NCBI GenBank assembly: GCA_041484665.1
Contig: JBGPIA010000005.1
Coordinates: 160,001-224,000 of the forward strand
Reading direction: 5' to 3'
Origin: Candidatus Krumholzibacteriia bacterium
Lineage (GTDB): Bacteria; Krumholzibacteriota; Krumholzibacteriia; JAJRXK01
DNA length: 64,000 bases
Shown here: positions 1 to 9,535 of the stretch, piece after piece
Layout: the number at the start of each line of letters is the position of its first letter
How positions within the stretch are numbered: position 1 is the first letter of the stretch
Program-made: the position numbers and the translations under genes
Notes under the pieces: generated by a model
Databases searched by the model: none
Seen by the model: the letters and a program-made list of their open reading frames with translations, nothing else
Told to the model about the DNA's origin: nothing

Positions 1-687
1 CTGCTCGTGCTGCTGGTCGCCGGGCTCCTGGCCGCTGCCGGCGCAAGGACCCGGCGCTCCCTCGAGGCGGGGAGGCGCTGGGCAGGAAGCGGCGTGCTCC
101 TCACCGCGTCCACGCTCTCACCGGCAGCGCTGGGCACGGTGGCCGGGGGTGCCGCTGGCGCGCCGAGCGTCGTGACGGTGTTCCTGGTGTTCGCGAAGGC
201 CGGCGCGGTGCTCTTCGGCAGCGGCTACGTGCTCCTGGCGCTGCTGCGGGCGGACCTGGTGGAGCGACTGGGGTGGTTGACGCAGGGCCAGCTGCTGGAC
301 GCCGTCGCGGTCGGCCAGATGACGCCCGGCCCCGTCTTCACCACTGCCACGTTCATCGGCTACGTGTTGGGCGGAATGCGCGCAGCCACGGCGGCGACCG
401 CCGGCGTCTTCCTGCCGGCGTTCATCTTCGTCGCCGTGAGCGGGCCAATCGTGCCGCGTCTGCGACGGTCTACCACCGCAGGCGCATTCCTCGACGGGGT
501 GAACGCCGCCGCACTCGCCCTGATGGCCGTCGTGACCTGGCAGCTCCCCGGCGCGGCGCTGGTGGATGGCTGGACCATCGGTCTCGCCGTGCTGAGCGCG
601 GTGCTGCTGTTGCTCTTGCGGGTCAACTCCGCCTGGCTCGTGCTCGGCGGCGGGCTGGTCGGCGTCGCCCTCCCCCTCCTGAGGTAA
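1..687 (+). CDS. chrA: Chromate efflux transporter (ChrA/CHR family), C-terminal part; 5' truncated by window edge
   Basis: FGSGYVL and GQMTPGPVFTTATFIGY CHR-family motifs; hydrophobic; TAA stop at 685-687. Confidence 0.9.
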   Translation: MLVLLVAGLLAAAGARTRRSLEAGRRWAGSGVLLTASTLSPAALGTVAGGAAGAPSVVTVFLVFAKAGAVLFGSGYVLLALLRADLVERLGWLTQGQLLDAVAVGQMTPGPVFTTATFIGYVLGGMRAATAATAGVFLPAFIFVAVSGPIVPRLRRSTTAGAFLDGVNAAALALMAVVTWQLPGAALVDGWTIGLAVLSAVLLLLLRVNSAWLVLGGGLVGVALPLLR

Positions 688-691
688 TCCC

Positions 692-1478
692 GTGGGCGGT
701 ACCGCTCTACGCACCCACGCATCGGCCTGGTCTTTACCCGCGCGGTCGTGGCTCGGTGGGCTGGCGATGCTGTCCGCGCTGCCGACGGCGGCCTTGGCGG
801 GTCCGCCCTCCGCGACGGACGACCCCGAGCCGGTGGAGCTGCGCCACTGGGAGTTCTAGCTGGCCTCCCTGGTGGCGCATGACGCTTCCGGGTGGGCGGG
901 GCACCGCGCCCCAGTTCGAGATCAACTACGGAGCCGTGGCAGAGACGCAATTGCACGTCATCGCGCCGCTGGCGTTTCTCCGAGAGGAGCCGGGCTCCAG
1001 CCGGCACGGCTACGGCGACACCGAGCTGGGCGTGAAGCGGCGCTTGGTGCGCGAGACGGCGACCGCGCCCCAGATCGGCGTCTTTCCGCTCGTCGAGATC
1101 CCGACGGGCGACGAGCAGCGTGGCCTCGGCAGCGGACACTGGCAGGTGTTCCTGCCGGTCAGGGTGCAGAAGGAGGCGGGCGCCTGGTCGACCTACGGCG
1201 GTGGCGGGTACTGGATCAACCCGGGCAGGGGAAACACCAACTGGTGGTTCCTGGGAGGACAGCTTCAACGCCGGCTGACGCCAAGCAGCGCCGTCGGAGC
1301 CGAGATTTTCCACACGACACCGAACGAGGACGACGGCGTGTCGGAGACCCGCTTCAATGCTGGCCTGGTCATCGATCTCAGCGCGAAGGACCACCTGCTG
1401 CTCTCGGCCGGCCGCGGACTGCACGGACCGAATGTGTTCCAGGGGTACGTGGCCTATCAGCTCACGCTTGGACCGTGA
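692..1478 (+). pseudogene. Disrupted outer-membrane beta-barrel ('transporter'/MetA-pathway-like) gene
   Basis: GTG 692 after GAGGT gives a signal peptide then GPPSATDDPEPVELRHWEF; in-frame TAG at 857-859; the frame continues LASLVAHDASGWAG, then a +1 shift near the GGGG at 898-901 joins TAPQFEINYG...GYGDTELGVK...YVAYQLTLGP (alternating beta-strand pattern). Confidence 0.7.
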
Positions 1479-1548
1479 CGGCTGCGCGCCGGCGCCGGGG
1501 ACGCACGTAGCGTGCGCGCGTCACGCGCGTGAAGGGCGAAGCCGCGCG

Positions 1549-2328
1549 CTAGTCGAACCGCGCCTTCACGCTGCCCCACGAGGCGGCGGGAGTGGGCACT
1601 TCCCCGCACACGTCATGGTTGCGCTGCCGAAGCGCCGCAGTGAGAACAAGCTCGACCGCGCTCACGATCTGCGGCTTTACGGAGTCCAGAACGAAATTCC
1701 CGAGGACTGCGTACAGCTGCAGGCATGCGTCGGCGGATTGGAGTTCCGTCGGGCTCAGACTCAGCTGCACGCTCCCGGGGACCAGTTTGTACAGGGTGCA
1801 GGCGCCCAACGGCTCTGTGCGGACCCATGCGCCGATGGTAGCGGCGCCCAACGCGTAGCCATCGGCGGCCACCGTTCCGGAGCCGAACTCGCCGCAGAAG
1901 GGAGTCTTCTGCCGGACGGTGTGCACATCCAGGAAGAGCTGGGCCGCCGTGACCGAAAACTGGATCGAGTCCCCCGCGCTGCCAACGACGTCCACCACCG
2001 CCGCGTTCTGGCAACCGTAGAGATTGAGGGGCGCAGTGGCCGTCGCCGCCGGGGGGGCGGTAGGATTCGGCGGGGCGCAGAAGGCGAATCCGACGAGCGA
2101 CGCCTCGAACTGCACTCCGTTGAATTGGCCGCTGACCGTCCCCGTGATTTCGTTGCCCTGCAGGTTGTTGAGGGCGGTCTGCAGGTCGTCGGCGAAGCTG
2201 GCTACGGCGCTGTCCGGGGGCAACGCGCCGGCCGCGCCGCACGCTGCCAACGCCGCCAGCGCCAACGCCGCCGCCCGCAGCACCAACATGCCTCGCCGCG
2301 CCCGGGCCGCGTGTGGGAGCTTGCGCAT
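1549..2328 (-). CDS. Secreted Cys-containing hypothetical protein with C-terminal VP-x4-SWGSVKARFD tail
   Basis: ATG 2328 after GAGGAG; basic then hydrophobic signal region; several Cys; ends CGEVPTPAASWGSVKARFD. Confidence 0.75.
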   Translation of the reverse strand: MRKLPHAARARRGMLVLRAAALALAALAACGAAGALPPDSAVASFADDLQTALNNLQGNEITGTVSGQFNGVQFEASLVGFAFCAPPNPTAPPAATATAPLNLYGCQNAAVVDVVGSAGDSIQFSVTAAQLFLDVHTVRQKTPFCGEFGSGTVAADGYALGAATIGAWVRTEPLGACTLYKLVPGSVQLSLSPTELQSADACLQLYAVLGNFVLDSVKPQIVSAVELVLTAALRQRNHDVCGEVPTPAASWGSVKARFD

Positions 2329-2442
2329 CTCGGTCTCCTCGCTGCGCCAGGGCGCTGGAAGGGGGACCACGCTCCAGCTTGCATCGAGCATAGACGGCCG
2401 CGTGTCCCCACCGCAAGCTCGGGGCGGCCGTGCGCAGCGTCC

Positions 2443-3504
2443 TCAGGGCTCGAACGCCGTCTCCAGGCATGCCTGGGCGCCGCTGCTCAGGGTCAGCGTC
2501 GTGCCCTCTGCGACCTCTTTGTTCACCAACGCCAGCGCCACGGCGCCGGGGCCGTCGATGCGCTCGACAGCAGCCGCGATCCACCCGGTCGCTCGCCCGT
2601 CGTACAGCAGCTCATCGCCGGGCGCGGGTGCAGGGGAGAGTGCGCTTACCAGCACGCGCCGCCGCCGCACCTTGTCGTAATTGGCCAGACGCGCCACGAC
2701 CTCCTGCCCGATGTAGCAGCCCTTGGTGAAGGAGACGAACGGCGCGAGCCCGGCCTCCAGCGGATTGAGCGTGTCGCCCAGCTCGGGGCCCGGCCGCAGG
2801 CGGCCGTGCTCGATGCACCACTGGAGATAGGCGCGCTCGCCCGTGACAGCGCCGCCGCGCTCGCGCACGGCACCCGCCGCGCAACGCGCGAGCTCGCCTG
2901 CGTGCGCGGCGTGAAGCGCGACCGCATGGAGGTGCTGGGACCACGGCGCGGGCTCGCGCAGCAGCAAAGCGCCCGCGTTGCTCGCGTGGGCGAACCCGCC
3001 CGGCTGCGGCACCGGGCAGCCGAGCGCTCCTGCGACCACCTCTGCGGCCCCATCGCCGACTGCCAGGAGCGCCACCGCGTCCGGCTGCCGCTCGACCTGC
3101 ACGTCTTCGAGGATCACGTAGCGCTCGATCCACTGCGCCAGCGCCGCGCCCCGCCCCTCGCCGGCCAGCAGCCACATCCGGTCGTCCCCGGGGGCGGCGA
3201 CCGCCAGGTCCACGATGCGCCCCTTGTCATTGGTGAACACCAGCGCAGCCGCCTGGCCGGGCTGCAGGCCACGCACATCGGAGGCGCAGAGCCGCTGGAG
3301 GAGATCAACCCGGTCGGCTCCCCGGATCACCAGCAGATCCCCCGTTCCCCGGTCCCGCAGGGCCAGTCCCGACCGAAGGGCGCGCAGCCCCTCGAGCGCG
3401 GGCGCGACCTCCAGCGCCGGCCGTCCCGGCGTCTCGGCCTGGCTGCGGCCGGGCCCCAGCGGGCTACCGAACGGGGTCTGATCGCCCATCTGCTTCGAGT
3501 CCAA
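2443..3504 (-). CDS. ygfZ: YgfZ/GcvT-family folate-binding Fe-S repair protein
   Basis: KGCYIGQEVVARL signature; start uncertain. Confidence 0.9.
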   Translation of the reverse strand: MDSKQMGDQTPFGSPLGPGRSQAETPGRPALEVAPALEGLRALRSGLALRDRGTGDLLVIRGADRVDLLQRLCASDVRGLQPGQAAALVFTNDKGRIVDLAVAAPGDDRMWLLAGEGRGAALAQWIERYVILEDVQVERQPDAVALLAVGDGAAEVVAGALGCPVPQPGGFAHASNAGALLLREPAPWSQHLHAVALHAAHAGELARCAAGAVRERGGAVTGERAYLQWCIEHGRLRPGPELGDTLNPLEAGLAPFVSFTKGCYIGQEVVARLANYDKVRRRRVLVSALSPAPAPGDELLYDGRATGWIAAAVERIDGPGAVALALVNKEVAEGTTLTLSSGAQACLETAFEP

Positions 3505-3536
3505 CGGGTTGTGCCGCCGTCCGCCCGCGGCCTGCC

Positions 3537-3565
3537 TTGACGCCCCTCGGGGGTGAAACTACACT
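3537..3565 (+). promoter_or_regulatory. Sigma70-type promoter for iscS-iscA
   Basis: TTGACG (3537-3542), 17 nt spacer, TACACT (3560-3565). Confidence 0.65.
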
Positions 3566-3732
3566 GATTCGTAGTGATTTCGTGACCCGGCCGCCACGGC
3601 AGCGGGGCTGCATGGCGTCGGGCCGCCCGGTGAGCCCGCCGAGACCTCACCTGGCGCGTGGAGCACGCGGCGGGGTCAGTCGGAAGGGCGCGCCCAACCA
3701 GCGCCCGGACCATCCGGTCAGCGGAATGGATC

Positions 3733-4911
3733 ATGCACGATCGCATCTACATGGACAATCACGCCAGCACGCCCACCGATCCGCGCGTGGTCGAGGCGAT
3801 GCTGCCGTATTTCACGGAGCGCTTCGGCAATGCCGCGAGCCAGCACCTGTACGGCTGGGAGGCGCAGGAGGCGGTGGAGCGCGCCGCGCACGAGGTGGCC
3901 GCGCTGCTGGGCGTCGATGCCAAGGAGATTGTGTTCACCAGCGGCGCCACCGAGAGCAACAACCTGGCAGTCTGGGGCGCGATGGAGGCGGCTCGTGCGC
4001 GCGGCCGCCACTTCGTGACGACTGCCATCGAGCATCCCTCGGTGCTGGAGGTGGCCGCGCAGCTGCAGGAGCAGGGTTGCGAGGTGACCTACGTGCCGGC
4101 GGACCGTTCCGGCGTGGTCGACTCCGCTGCCGTGACCGCCGCCCTGCGTGCGGACACGGTCCTGTGCTCGGTGATGTGGGCCAACAACGAAATCGGGACG
4201 CTCCAGCCGGTGGAGGCGATCGCTGCCGCGTGCCGCGAGCGCGGCGTGCTCTTCCATACCGACGCCGTGCAGGCCGCAGGCAAGGTTCCCATCGCTGCCG
4301 CCGCGCGCGAGCTGGATCTCATCTCCATCAGCGGTCACAAAATGTGCGGACCCAAGGGCATCGGCGCCCTGAGCGTCCGCCGGCGCCGGCCCAAGGTGCA
4401 CCTCGCGCCGCGGACCTTCGGCGGCGGACAGCAGAGAGGGCTGCGCGCGGGCACGCTCCCCGTCCCCCTGATCGTGGGGCTGGGCGAGGCCTGCACGCTC
4501 TGCGCGCGCGAGCTGGATGCCGAGGCGGCGCGCGTGGGCGGTCTGCGCGACCGGCTGTGGAGCCAGCTCAGCGTGAGTCTGGACGGCGTGCGGCTCAACG
4601 GCGATCTCAAGCGGCGCCTGCCCGGAAACCTCAACGTGAGCTTCGCCGGCGTGGAGGCCGAGGCGCTCTTGCTGGAGCTGAAGTGGATCGCGCTCAGCAG
4701 CGGCTCCGCGTGCGCCTCCGCCGAGCACAAGCCCAGCCACGTGCTGCTCGCGATCGGGCTCAGCGCGGAAGAGGCGCACTCCAGCATGCGCTTCGGGCTG
4801 GGGCGATTCACCACCGCGCAGGAGGTCGAGCGCGTGGCCGACGCGGTGGTCCAGACCGTCACGAGGATGCGCGAGACCTCGCCGCTGGCAGGGCGGGTCG
4901 TTCGCTCGTAA
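3733..4911 (+). CDS. iscS: Cysteine desulfurase (IscS/NifS)
   Basis: YMDNHAST, FTSGATESNN, HTDAVQ, SGHK PLP lysine, SSGSAC catalytic Cys. Confidence 0.95.
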   Translation: MHDRIYMDNHASTPTDPRVVEAMLPYFTERFGNAASQHLYGWEAQEAVERAAHEVAALLGVDAKEIVFTSGATESNNLAVWGAMEAARARGRHFVTTAIEHPSVLEVAAQLQEQGCEVTYVPADRSGVVDSAAVTAALRADTVLCSVMWANNEIGTLQPVEAIAAACRERGVLFHTDAVQAAGKVPIAAAARELDLISISGHKMCGPKGIGALSVRRRRPKVHLAPRTFGGGQQRGLRAGTLPVPLIVGLGEACTLCARELDAEAARVGGLRDRLWSQLSVSLDGVRLNGDLKRRLPGNLNVSFAGVEAEALLLELKWIALSSGSACASAEHKPSHVLLAIGLSAEEAHSSMRFGLGRFTTAQEVERVADAVVQTVTRMRETSPLAGRVVRS

Positions 4912-4926
4912 CCGCAGGAGGAACCG

Positions 4927-5256
4927 ATGATCGTCGTGACTGACAAGGCGGCCGCCGCGGCCCTGGCGGCTCTGCGGGAAGAGGGCGCCGACCCGTCGCA
5001 GCGGTTCCTGCGGGTGGCGATCCAGGGGGGCGGCTGCTCCGGGCTCAACTACAAACTCAACTTCGACTCCCAGCCGCGCGAGGGGGACGAGGTCCTGACC
5101 CTCGGCGAGCTGCGGGTGGCCGTCGACCCCAAGAGCCTGCTCTTCCTCGAAGGCATGACGCTGGATTACTCGGCGGGTCTCAACGGCAAGGGGTTCGTCT
5201 TCAACAATCCCAACGCCACGGGCACCTGCGGCTGCGGGCAGTCGTTCAAGGTCTGA
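4927..5256 (+). CDS. iscA: A-type Fe-S carrier (IscA/HesB)
   Basis: GGGCSG and TCGCGQSF motifs; AGGAGG RBS. Confidence 0.95.
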   Translation: MIVVTDKAAAAALAALREEGADPSQRFLRVAIQGGGCSGLNYKLNFDSQPREGDEVLTLGELRVAVDPKSLLFLEGMTLDYSAGLNGKGFVFNNPNATGTCGCGQSFKV

Positions 5257-5457
5257 CCGCCCAGGGCCACGGCAATTGCGCGACCCATCTGGGGCGCAGA
5301 CCAACGCCGGGCACGACAGGAGGCGCGCGGATGCGGGCCCCCTGCGCGTATGTGGTCCTTGCGTGCCCCGCGAGCGGGTGAAACAATCATCGAGGCCACC
5401 GGTCGGCTCCCTCTCGCCGGGGTGCACAGTCGACGTACCCAGCCCAATGGAGTGACC

Positions 5458-7224
5458 ATGCGATTCTCGGTACGCCATCAGCGACTGCACGAGGCGGCCG
5501 CCGACGTCCTGGTCGTCGGCGTCCATGGCGTGACCCAGTCTCCCGACGGGGAGCTCGCCTCGCTCGACCGCCGCGCCCGCGGCGGGCTGTCGGAGGCTTT
5601 CGGCTTCGGCGATTTCAAGGGGAAGGAAGGCCAGCTGGCCTGGGTGCCGGTGCAGCGCCTCCCGTTCAAGCGCGTGCTGTTGGCCGGCCTGGGAGCGGCG
5701 AAGGACCTGAAGACCGAAACGGTCCGCACCGCGATGGGGACCGTGTCCATAGCGGCGCGCCGTGCCGGCGTGCGCCGGCTGGCGGTGACGCTCCCGACTG
5801 CCGCAACGTTCGAACCGGCCGTCATGGCCTGCGCGATCGCCGAAGGCCTCGTGCTGGGCTCGTACGATCCCGAGGCCTTCAAGACCAAGGGCCGCGCAGA
5901 GAAGGGCCGCCCCGCGGACCGCGTGCTCCTGATCGTGGCCGACACCACAGACGTCCCAGGGGTCCAGGAAGGCGCCCGCCGCGGCGCAGCGTATGCGCAC
6001 GCCACCAACTTCGTCCGCGATCTCGGCAATCGCCCGTCCAACGTGCTCACGCCGCCGCAGCTCGCGGCCGCGGCGCGCGAGATGGCGGCGCGCTACAAGG
6101 GGAGCGTGACCTGCACCGTGTGGGGTCCGCGCGAGATGGAGCAGCACCGCATGGGCGGCATCCTGGGCGTGGGGCGCGGTAGCGCCGAGCCCAGCCAGTT
6201 CATCCAGCTCGAGTACCGGCCGAGGGGTGCAGGCGCCTCCCTGCCAAAGATCGCCTTCGTGGGCAAGGGCCTCACCTTTGATACCGGCGGGATCAGCCTC
6301 AAGCCGGCCGCCAGCATGGACCTGATGAAGATGGACATGTGCGGAGCGGGAGCCGTGCTGGGCGCGATCCAGATCCTGGCGGAGCTGCAGTTGCGCGTGC
6401 ACGTCCTGGGCTACATCGCCGCCGCCGAGAACATGCCCGACGGCAGGGCGATCAAGCCAGGCGACCTGCTCACGATGATGAACGGGATGACAGTCGAGGT
6501 GAACAACACGGACGCGGAGGGTCGGCTGGTGCTGGCCGACGCGCTGCACCACGCCACGCGGCAGAAGCCGGCGTTCATCGTGGACGTGGCGACGCTGACG
6601 GGCGCCTGCCAGATCGCCCTGGGTGACGCCGCCTGCGGGCTCATGAGCGAGGACGACGATCTGGTCGCGCTCATCGAGCGCGCGGCGCTCGACGTCGACG
6701 AGCCGGTCTGGCGGCTGCCGCTGAACGACTCCCATCGCAAGCGGATGGAGGGCCACGTCGCCGACCTGAAGAACACGGGGGCCAAGGAGGGCGGGGCGCT
6801 GACTGCGGCGGGCTTCCTGAGCTACTTCACGCGCGGGTCGCGGTGGGCGCACCTGGACATCGCGGGCATGGCGTGGGCCGAGGAGACACGCCCGTGCTTT
6901 CCCAAGGGCGCGACCGGCTACGGGGCGCGGCTGCTGGCGGCCATCGCCGAGCAGGCAGCGGCGAGCCTGCCGTCGGCGGTGAGCGCTCCGGCCACGCGGC
7001 GCAAGTCGCCGGCCCCGCGAAGGAGAGCCGCAGCGCGCTTGAAAGTCGCCGCGAAGGACGCGCCGAGAGCGACCTCGAAGGCGGCCCCGAAGGTCGCGCG
7101 GAAAGCAGCCCCGGACGCCGCGCGGAAGGCAGCCCCGGACGCCGCGCGGAAGGCAGCGCCGGCCGCCCCCGGCGCAGCTACCCCCGCCCGACGCGGCCGG
7201 GGTAAACCTGCAGCGCGGCGGTGA
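5458..7224 (+). CDS. pepA: Leucyl aminopeptidase (M17) with a Lys/Ala/Pro-rich histone-like C-terminal tail
   Basis: VGKGLTFDTGG, MKMDMCG, NTDAEGRL, ATLTGA, HLDIAG motifs; ATG 5458 after GGAG. Confidence 0.95.
   Translation: MRFSVRHQRLHEAAADVLVVGVHGVTQSPDGELASLDRRARGGLSEAFGFGDFKGKEGQLAWVPVQRLPFKRVLLAGLGAAKDLKTETVRTAMGTVSIAARRAGVRRLAVTLPTAATFEPAVMACAIAEGLVLGSYDPEAFKTKGRAEKGRPADRVLLIVADTTDVPGVQEGARRGAAYAHATNFVRDLGNRPSNVLTPPQLAAAAREMAARYKGSVTCTVWGPREMEQHRMGGILGVGRGSAEPSQFIQLEYRPRGAGASLPKIAFVGKGLTFDTGGISLKPAASMDLMKMDMCGAGAVLGAIQILAELQLRVHVLGYIAAAENMPDGRAIKPGDLLTMMNGMTVEVNNTDAEGRLVLADALHHATRQKPAFIVDVATLTGACQIALGDAACGLMSEDDDLVALIERAALDVDEPVWRLPLNDSHRKRMEGHVADLKNTGAKEGGALTAAGFLSYFTRGSRWAHLDIAGMAWAEETRPCFPKGATGYGARLLAAIAEQAAASLPSAVSAPATRRKSPAPRRRAAARLKVAAKDAPRATSKAAPKVARKAAPDAARKAAPDAARKAAPAAPGAATPARRGRGKPAARR
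7096..7167 (+). repeat. 24-nt tandem repeat x3 encoding ARKAAPDA-like units in the PepA tail
   Basis: gcgcggaa(a/g)gcagc(c/g)ccgg(a/c)cgcc at 7096, 7120, 7144. Confidence 0.9.
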
Positions 7225-8410
7225 GCGCCCGCATCGCGTCGCGCAGCTTGCCTTCCTCCAGCACGTAGGCGATGCGCGCCTCGTCGCGACCCAGCCCCGG
7301 CGTAGCGTAGAAGCCGTCCGCGGGAGCGATCATCACCGTCTGGCCGTCCAATTCGAAGTCGCGCAGCAGGAACTCGGCGAAGGCGTTCGCGTCGTCGACC
7401 GGCAGCTTGACGCACAGGTAGAACGCGCCTTCCGGCTTGGGCACCGTGACGCCGGGGGTCGCAGCCAGGGCCGCATACACCGTGTCGCGGCGGCGCTGGT
7501 ACTCAGCGATCACCTCGGTCATGTAGCTGGGCGGGACCTCATTGAGCGCCGTGCCGAGGAACTGCGCCAGGGTCGGCGGGCAGAGGCGCGCCTGTCCGAA
7601 CTTCAGGATCGCCCCCAGCAGCTCGCGGTTGCGCGTCACGATGTTGCCGAGGCGGGCGCCACACAGCGAGATGCGCTTGGACAAGCTGTCCACCATGATG
7701 GCGCGGTCTTCCAGCCCGGGCAGCGTGAGCACCGACCGCTGCCGGCGGCCGTCGTAGGCGAACTCGCGGTAGACCTCGTCACACACCAGGTACAATCCGC
7801 GGTCGCGGCAGATGGAGGCGACGCGCTCCATCTCTTCGTCGGTATAGACCGTGCCTGTCGGATTGTTCGGCGTGCAGAGCAGGATGGCGCGTGTGCGCGG
7901 CGTGATCGCACGCTCGATTCGCTTGCGCTCCGGCAAGTGGTAGCCGTCCTCGGCGTGGGTCGCCACGGGTACGGGGCGCACGCCCATCATCGAGGCGAAG
8001 CCGTTGTAGTTGGTGTAGAACGGCTCGAACACGAGCACTTCGTCGCCGGGGTCACAGACGGCGCCCAGCGTGAACAAGATCGCCTCGCTGCCGCCGGTGG
8101 TGACGAAGATCTCTTCGGCGGCGACATCGATGCCACACCGCTGGTAGTAGATCCGCAGCGTCTCGACGAACTCGGGCAGCCCTTGCGACGGGCCATAGGG
8201 GATGTTGTGCGCCTGGAAGGCAGCCAGGCGCTGCAGGACCACCTGGGGCGTCGGGATATCCGGCTGTCCGATGTTCAACGCGTAGACTGTCTTGCCCGCG
8301 GCGCGGGCGGCGGCGGCCAGCGGCGCCAGCCGCCGGATGGGCGAGGCAGGCATCTCCTGCGCGCGCTTGCTGAGGGAGAGACGCTGGCTCATGCGGGCCT
8401 CCGGCTGCAT
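7178..8410 (-). CDS. PLP-dependent class I/II aminotransferase (aspartate aminotransferase-like)
   Basis: LNIGQPD, PNNPTG, DEVY, DSLSKR..GARLG motifs; convergent 47-nt overlap with the pepA 3' end. Confidence 0.92.
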   Translation of the reverse strand: MQPEARMSQRLSLSKRAQEMPASPIRRLAPLAAAARAAGKTVYALNIGQPDIPTPQVVLQRLAAFQAHNIPYGPSQGLPEFVETLRIYYQRCGIDVAAEEIFVTTGGSEAILFTLGAVCDPGDEVLVFEPFYTNYNGFASMMGVRPVPVATHAEDGYHLPERKRIERAITPRTRAILLCTPNNPTGTVYTDEEMERVASICRDRGLYLVCDEVYREFAYDGRRQRSVLTLPGLEDRAIMVDSLSKRISLCGARLGNIVTRNRELLGAILKFGQARLCPPTLAQFLGTALNEVPPSYMTEVIAEYQRRRDTVYAALAATPGVTVPKPEGAFYLCVKLPVDDANAFAEFLLRDFELDGQTVMIAPADGFYATPGLGRDEARIAYVLEEGKLRDAMRALTAALQVYPGRVGRG

Positions 8411-8608
8411 CGGGTCTCCTCCATCGCTGGCCGCGGCCTGCAACGCGGCGATCCACCCCAACAAGATGGTGCGCAGCAGGGCGCGAGTCTAGCAGAGGCT
8501 CGTCCGGCCGTCAGGTGGCGCAACGCCGGGTCGGGCAATGCAGCGCGGGAGATGGCGGCGCCGCGCGGCCGGTCGGTGCAGCGACGGCTCGGGCATCGCC
8601 GCACCCGG

Positions 8609-9535
8609 TCAGGCCGTCTCGCTGCGCGGGTCGAAGGCGTCGCGCAGCCCGTCGCCCAGGAAATTCAGCGACAGCAGCGTGAGCCCCAGGGCCAGCCCGG
8701 GGAACAGCACCAGCCACCAGCTTGTGCGCACGGCGTTGATGGCGGCGGCGCCTTCGCTGGCCAATGAGCCCCAGCTGGCCGCCGGAGGCTGCACGCCCAG
8801 GCCCAGGAAGCTCAGGAACGCCTCCTCCAGCATCACCGCCGGAATGGTGAGGGTCGCGTAGACCAGCACCGGGCCGAGCATGTTGGGCAGCAGATGCCGC
8901 AGCACGATGCGCCGGCGGGGGACTCCCAGGGCGCGCGCGGCCTCCACGAACTCGCGGTCCTTCAGCCGCTTGATCTCCCCGCGCACGATGCGGCTCATGG
9001 TGAGCCACTGCACGGCCCCCAGCGCCACGAACAACAGCACCAGGCTCTGGCCGAAGTACGCCACCAGCAGGATCACGAAGAACATGAACGGCAAGCCGTA
9101 CAACATGTCGACCACGCGCATCATGATATTGTCGAGCCGCCCGCCGGCCCAACCCGCGATCGTGCCCCACGTCACGCCAATCAGCAGACTCACCAGAGTC
9201 GCCACCAGGCCCACCGCCAGGCTCAGGCGGCCGCCGTAGAGCACCCGCGTGTAGAGGTCGCGCCCGTTGGGGTCCGTGCCGAACGGGTGGTGCAGGCTGG
9301 GAGGCTGATACTGGCCCGCCAGGTCCTGGGCGGAGAAACCGTAGGGCGACAACAGCGGCGCGGCGACCGTCGCCACCACCACCAAGCCCAGCACGCCGGC
9401 GCTCACCGTGGCGGCCGTGTTGTGGCGCAGGCGGCGCAACGCCTGGCGCCAGGGGCCCGGCGACGCAGCGCGCGCAGGCGTAGCGGCGGCCGGGACGGCG
9501 ACGGCTTCGCCGCCAGCGTTGGGCGCGGCCGCCAT
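8609..9535 (-). CDS. oppC: Oligopeptide ABC transporter permease OppC
   Basis: HPFGTDPNGRD, EAARALG EAA loop, LSFLGLG, GDGLRDAFDPR. Confidence 0.93.
   Translation of the reverse strand: MAAAPNAGGEAVAVPAAATPARAASPGPWRQALRRLRHNTAATVSAGVLGLVVVATVAAPLLSPYGFSAQDLAGQYQPPSLHHPFGTDPNGRDLYTRVLYGGRLSLAVGLVATLVSLLIGVTWGTIAGWAGGRLDNIMMRVVDMLYGLPFMFFVILLVAYFGQSLVLLFVALGAVQWLTMSRIVRGEIKRLKDREFVEAARALGVPRRRIVLRHLLPNMLGPVLVYATLTIPAVMLEEAFLSFLGLGVQPPAASWGSLASEGAAAINAVRTSWWLVLFPGLALGLTLLSLNFLGDGLRDAFDPRSETA

Noticed and set aside
3718..6852. 1044-aa minus-strand ORF and similar long ORFs (1357-3540, 19974-22292, 23856-26762)
   Set aside because: They are antisense shadows of well-supported genes, expected at high GC, with no recognisable motifs.
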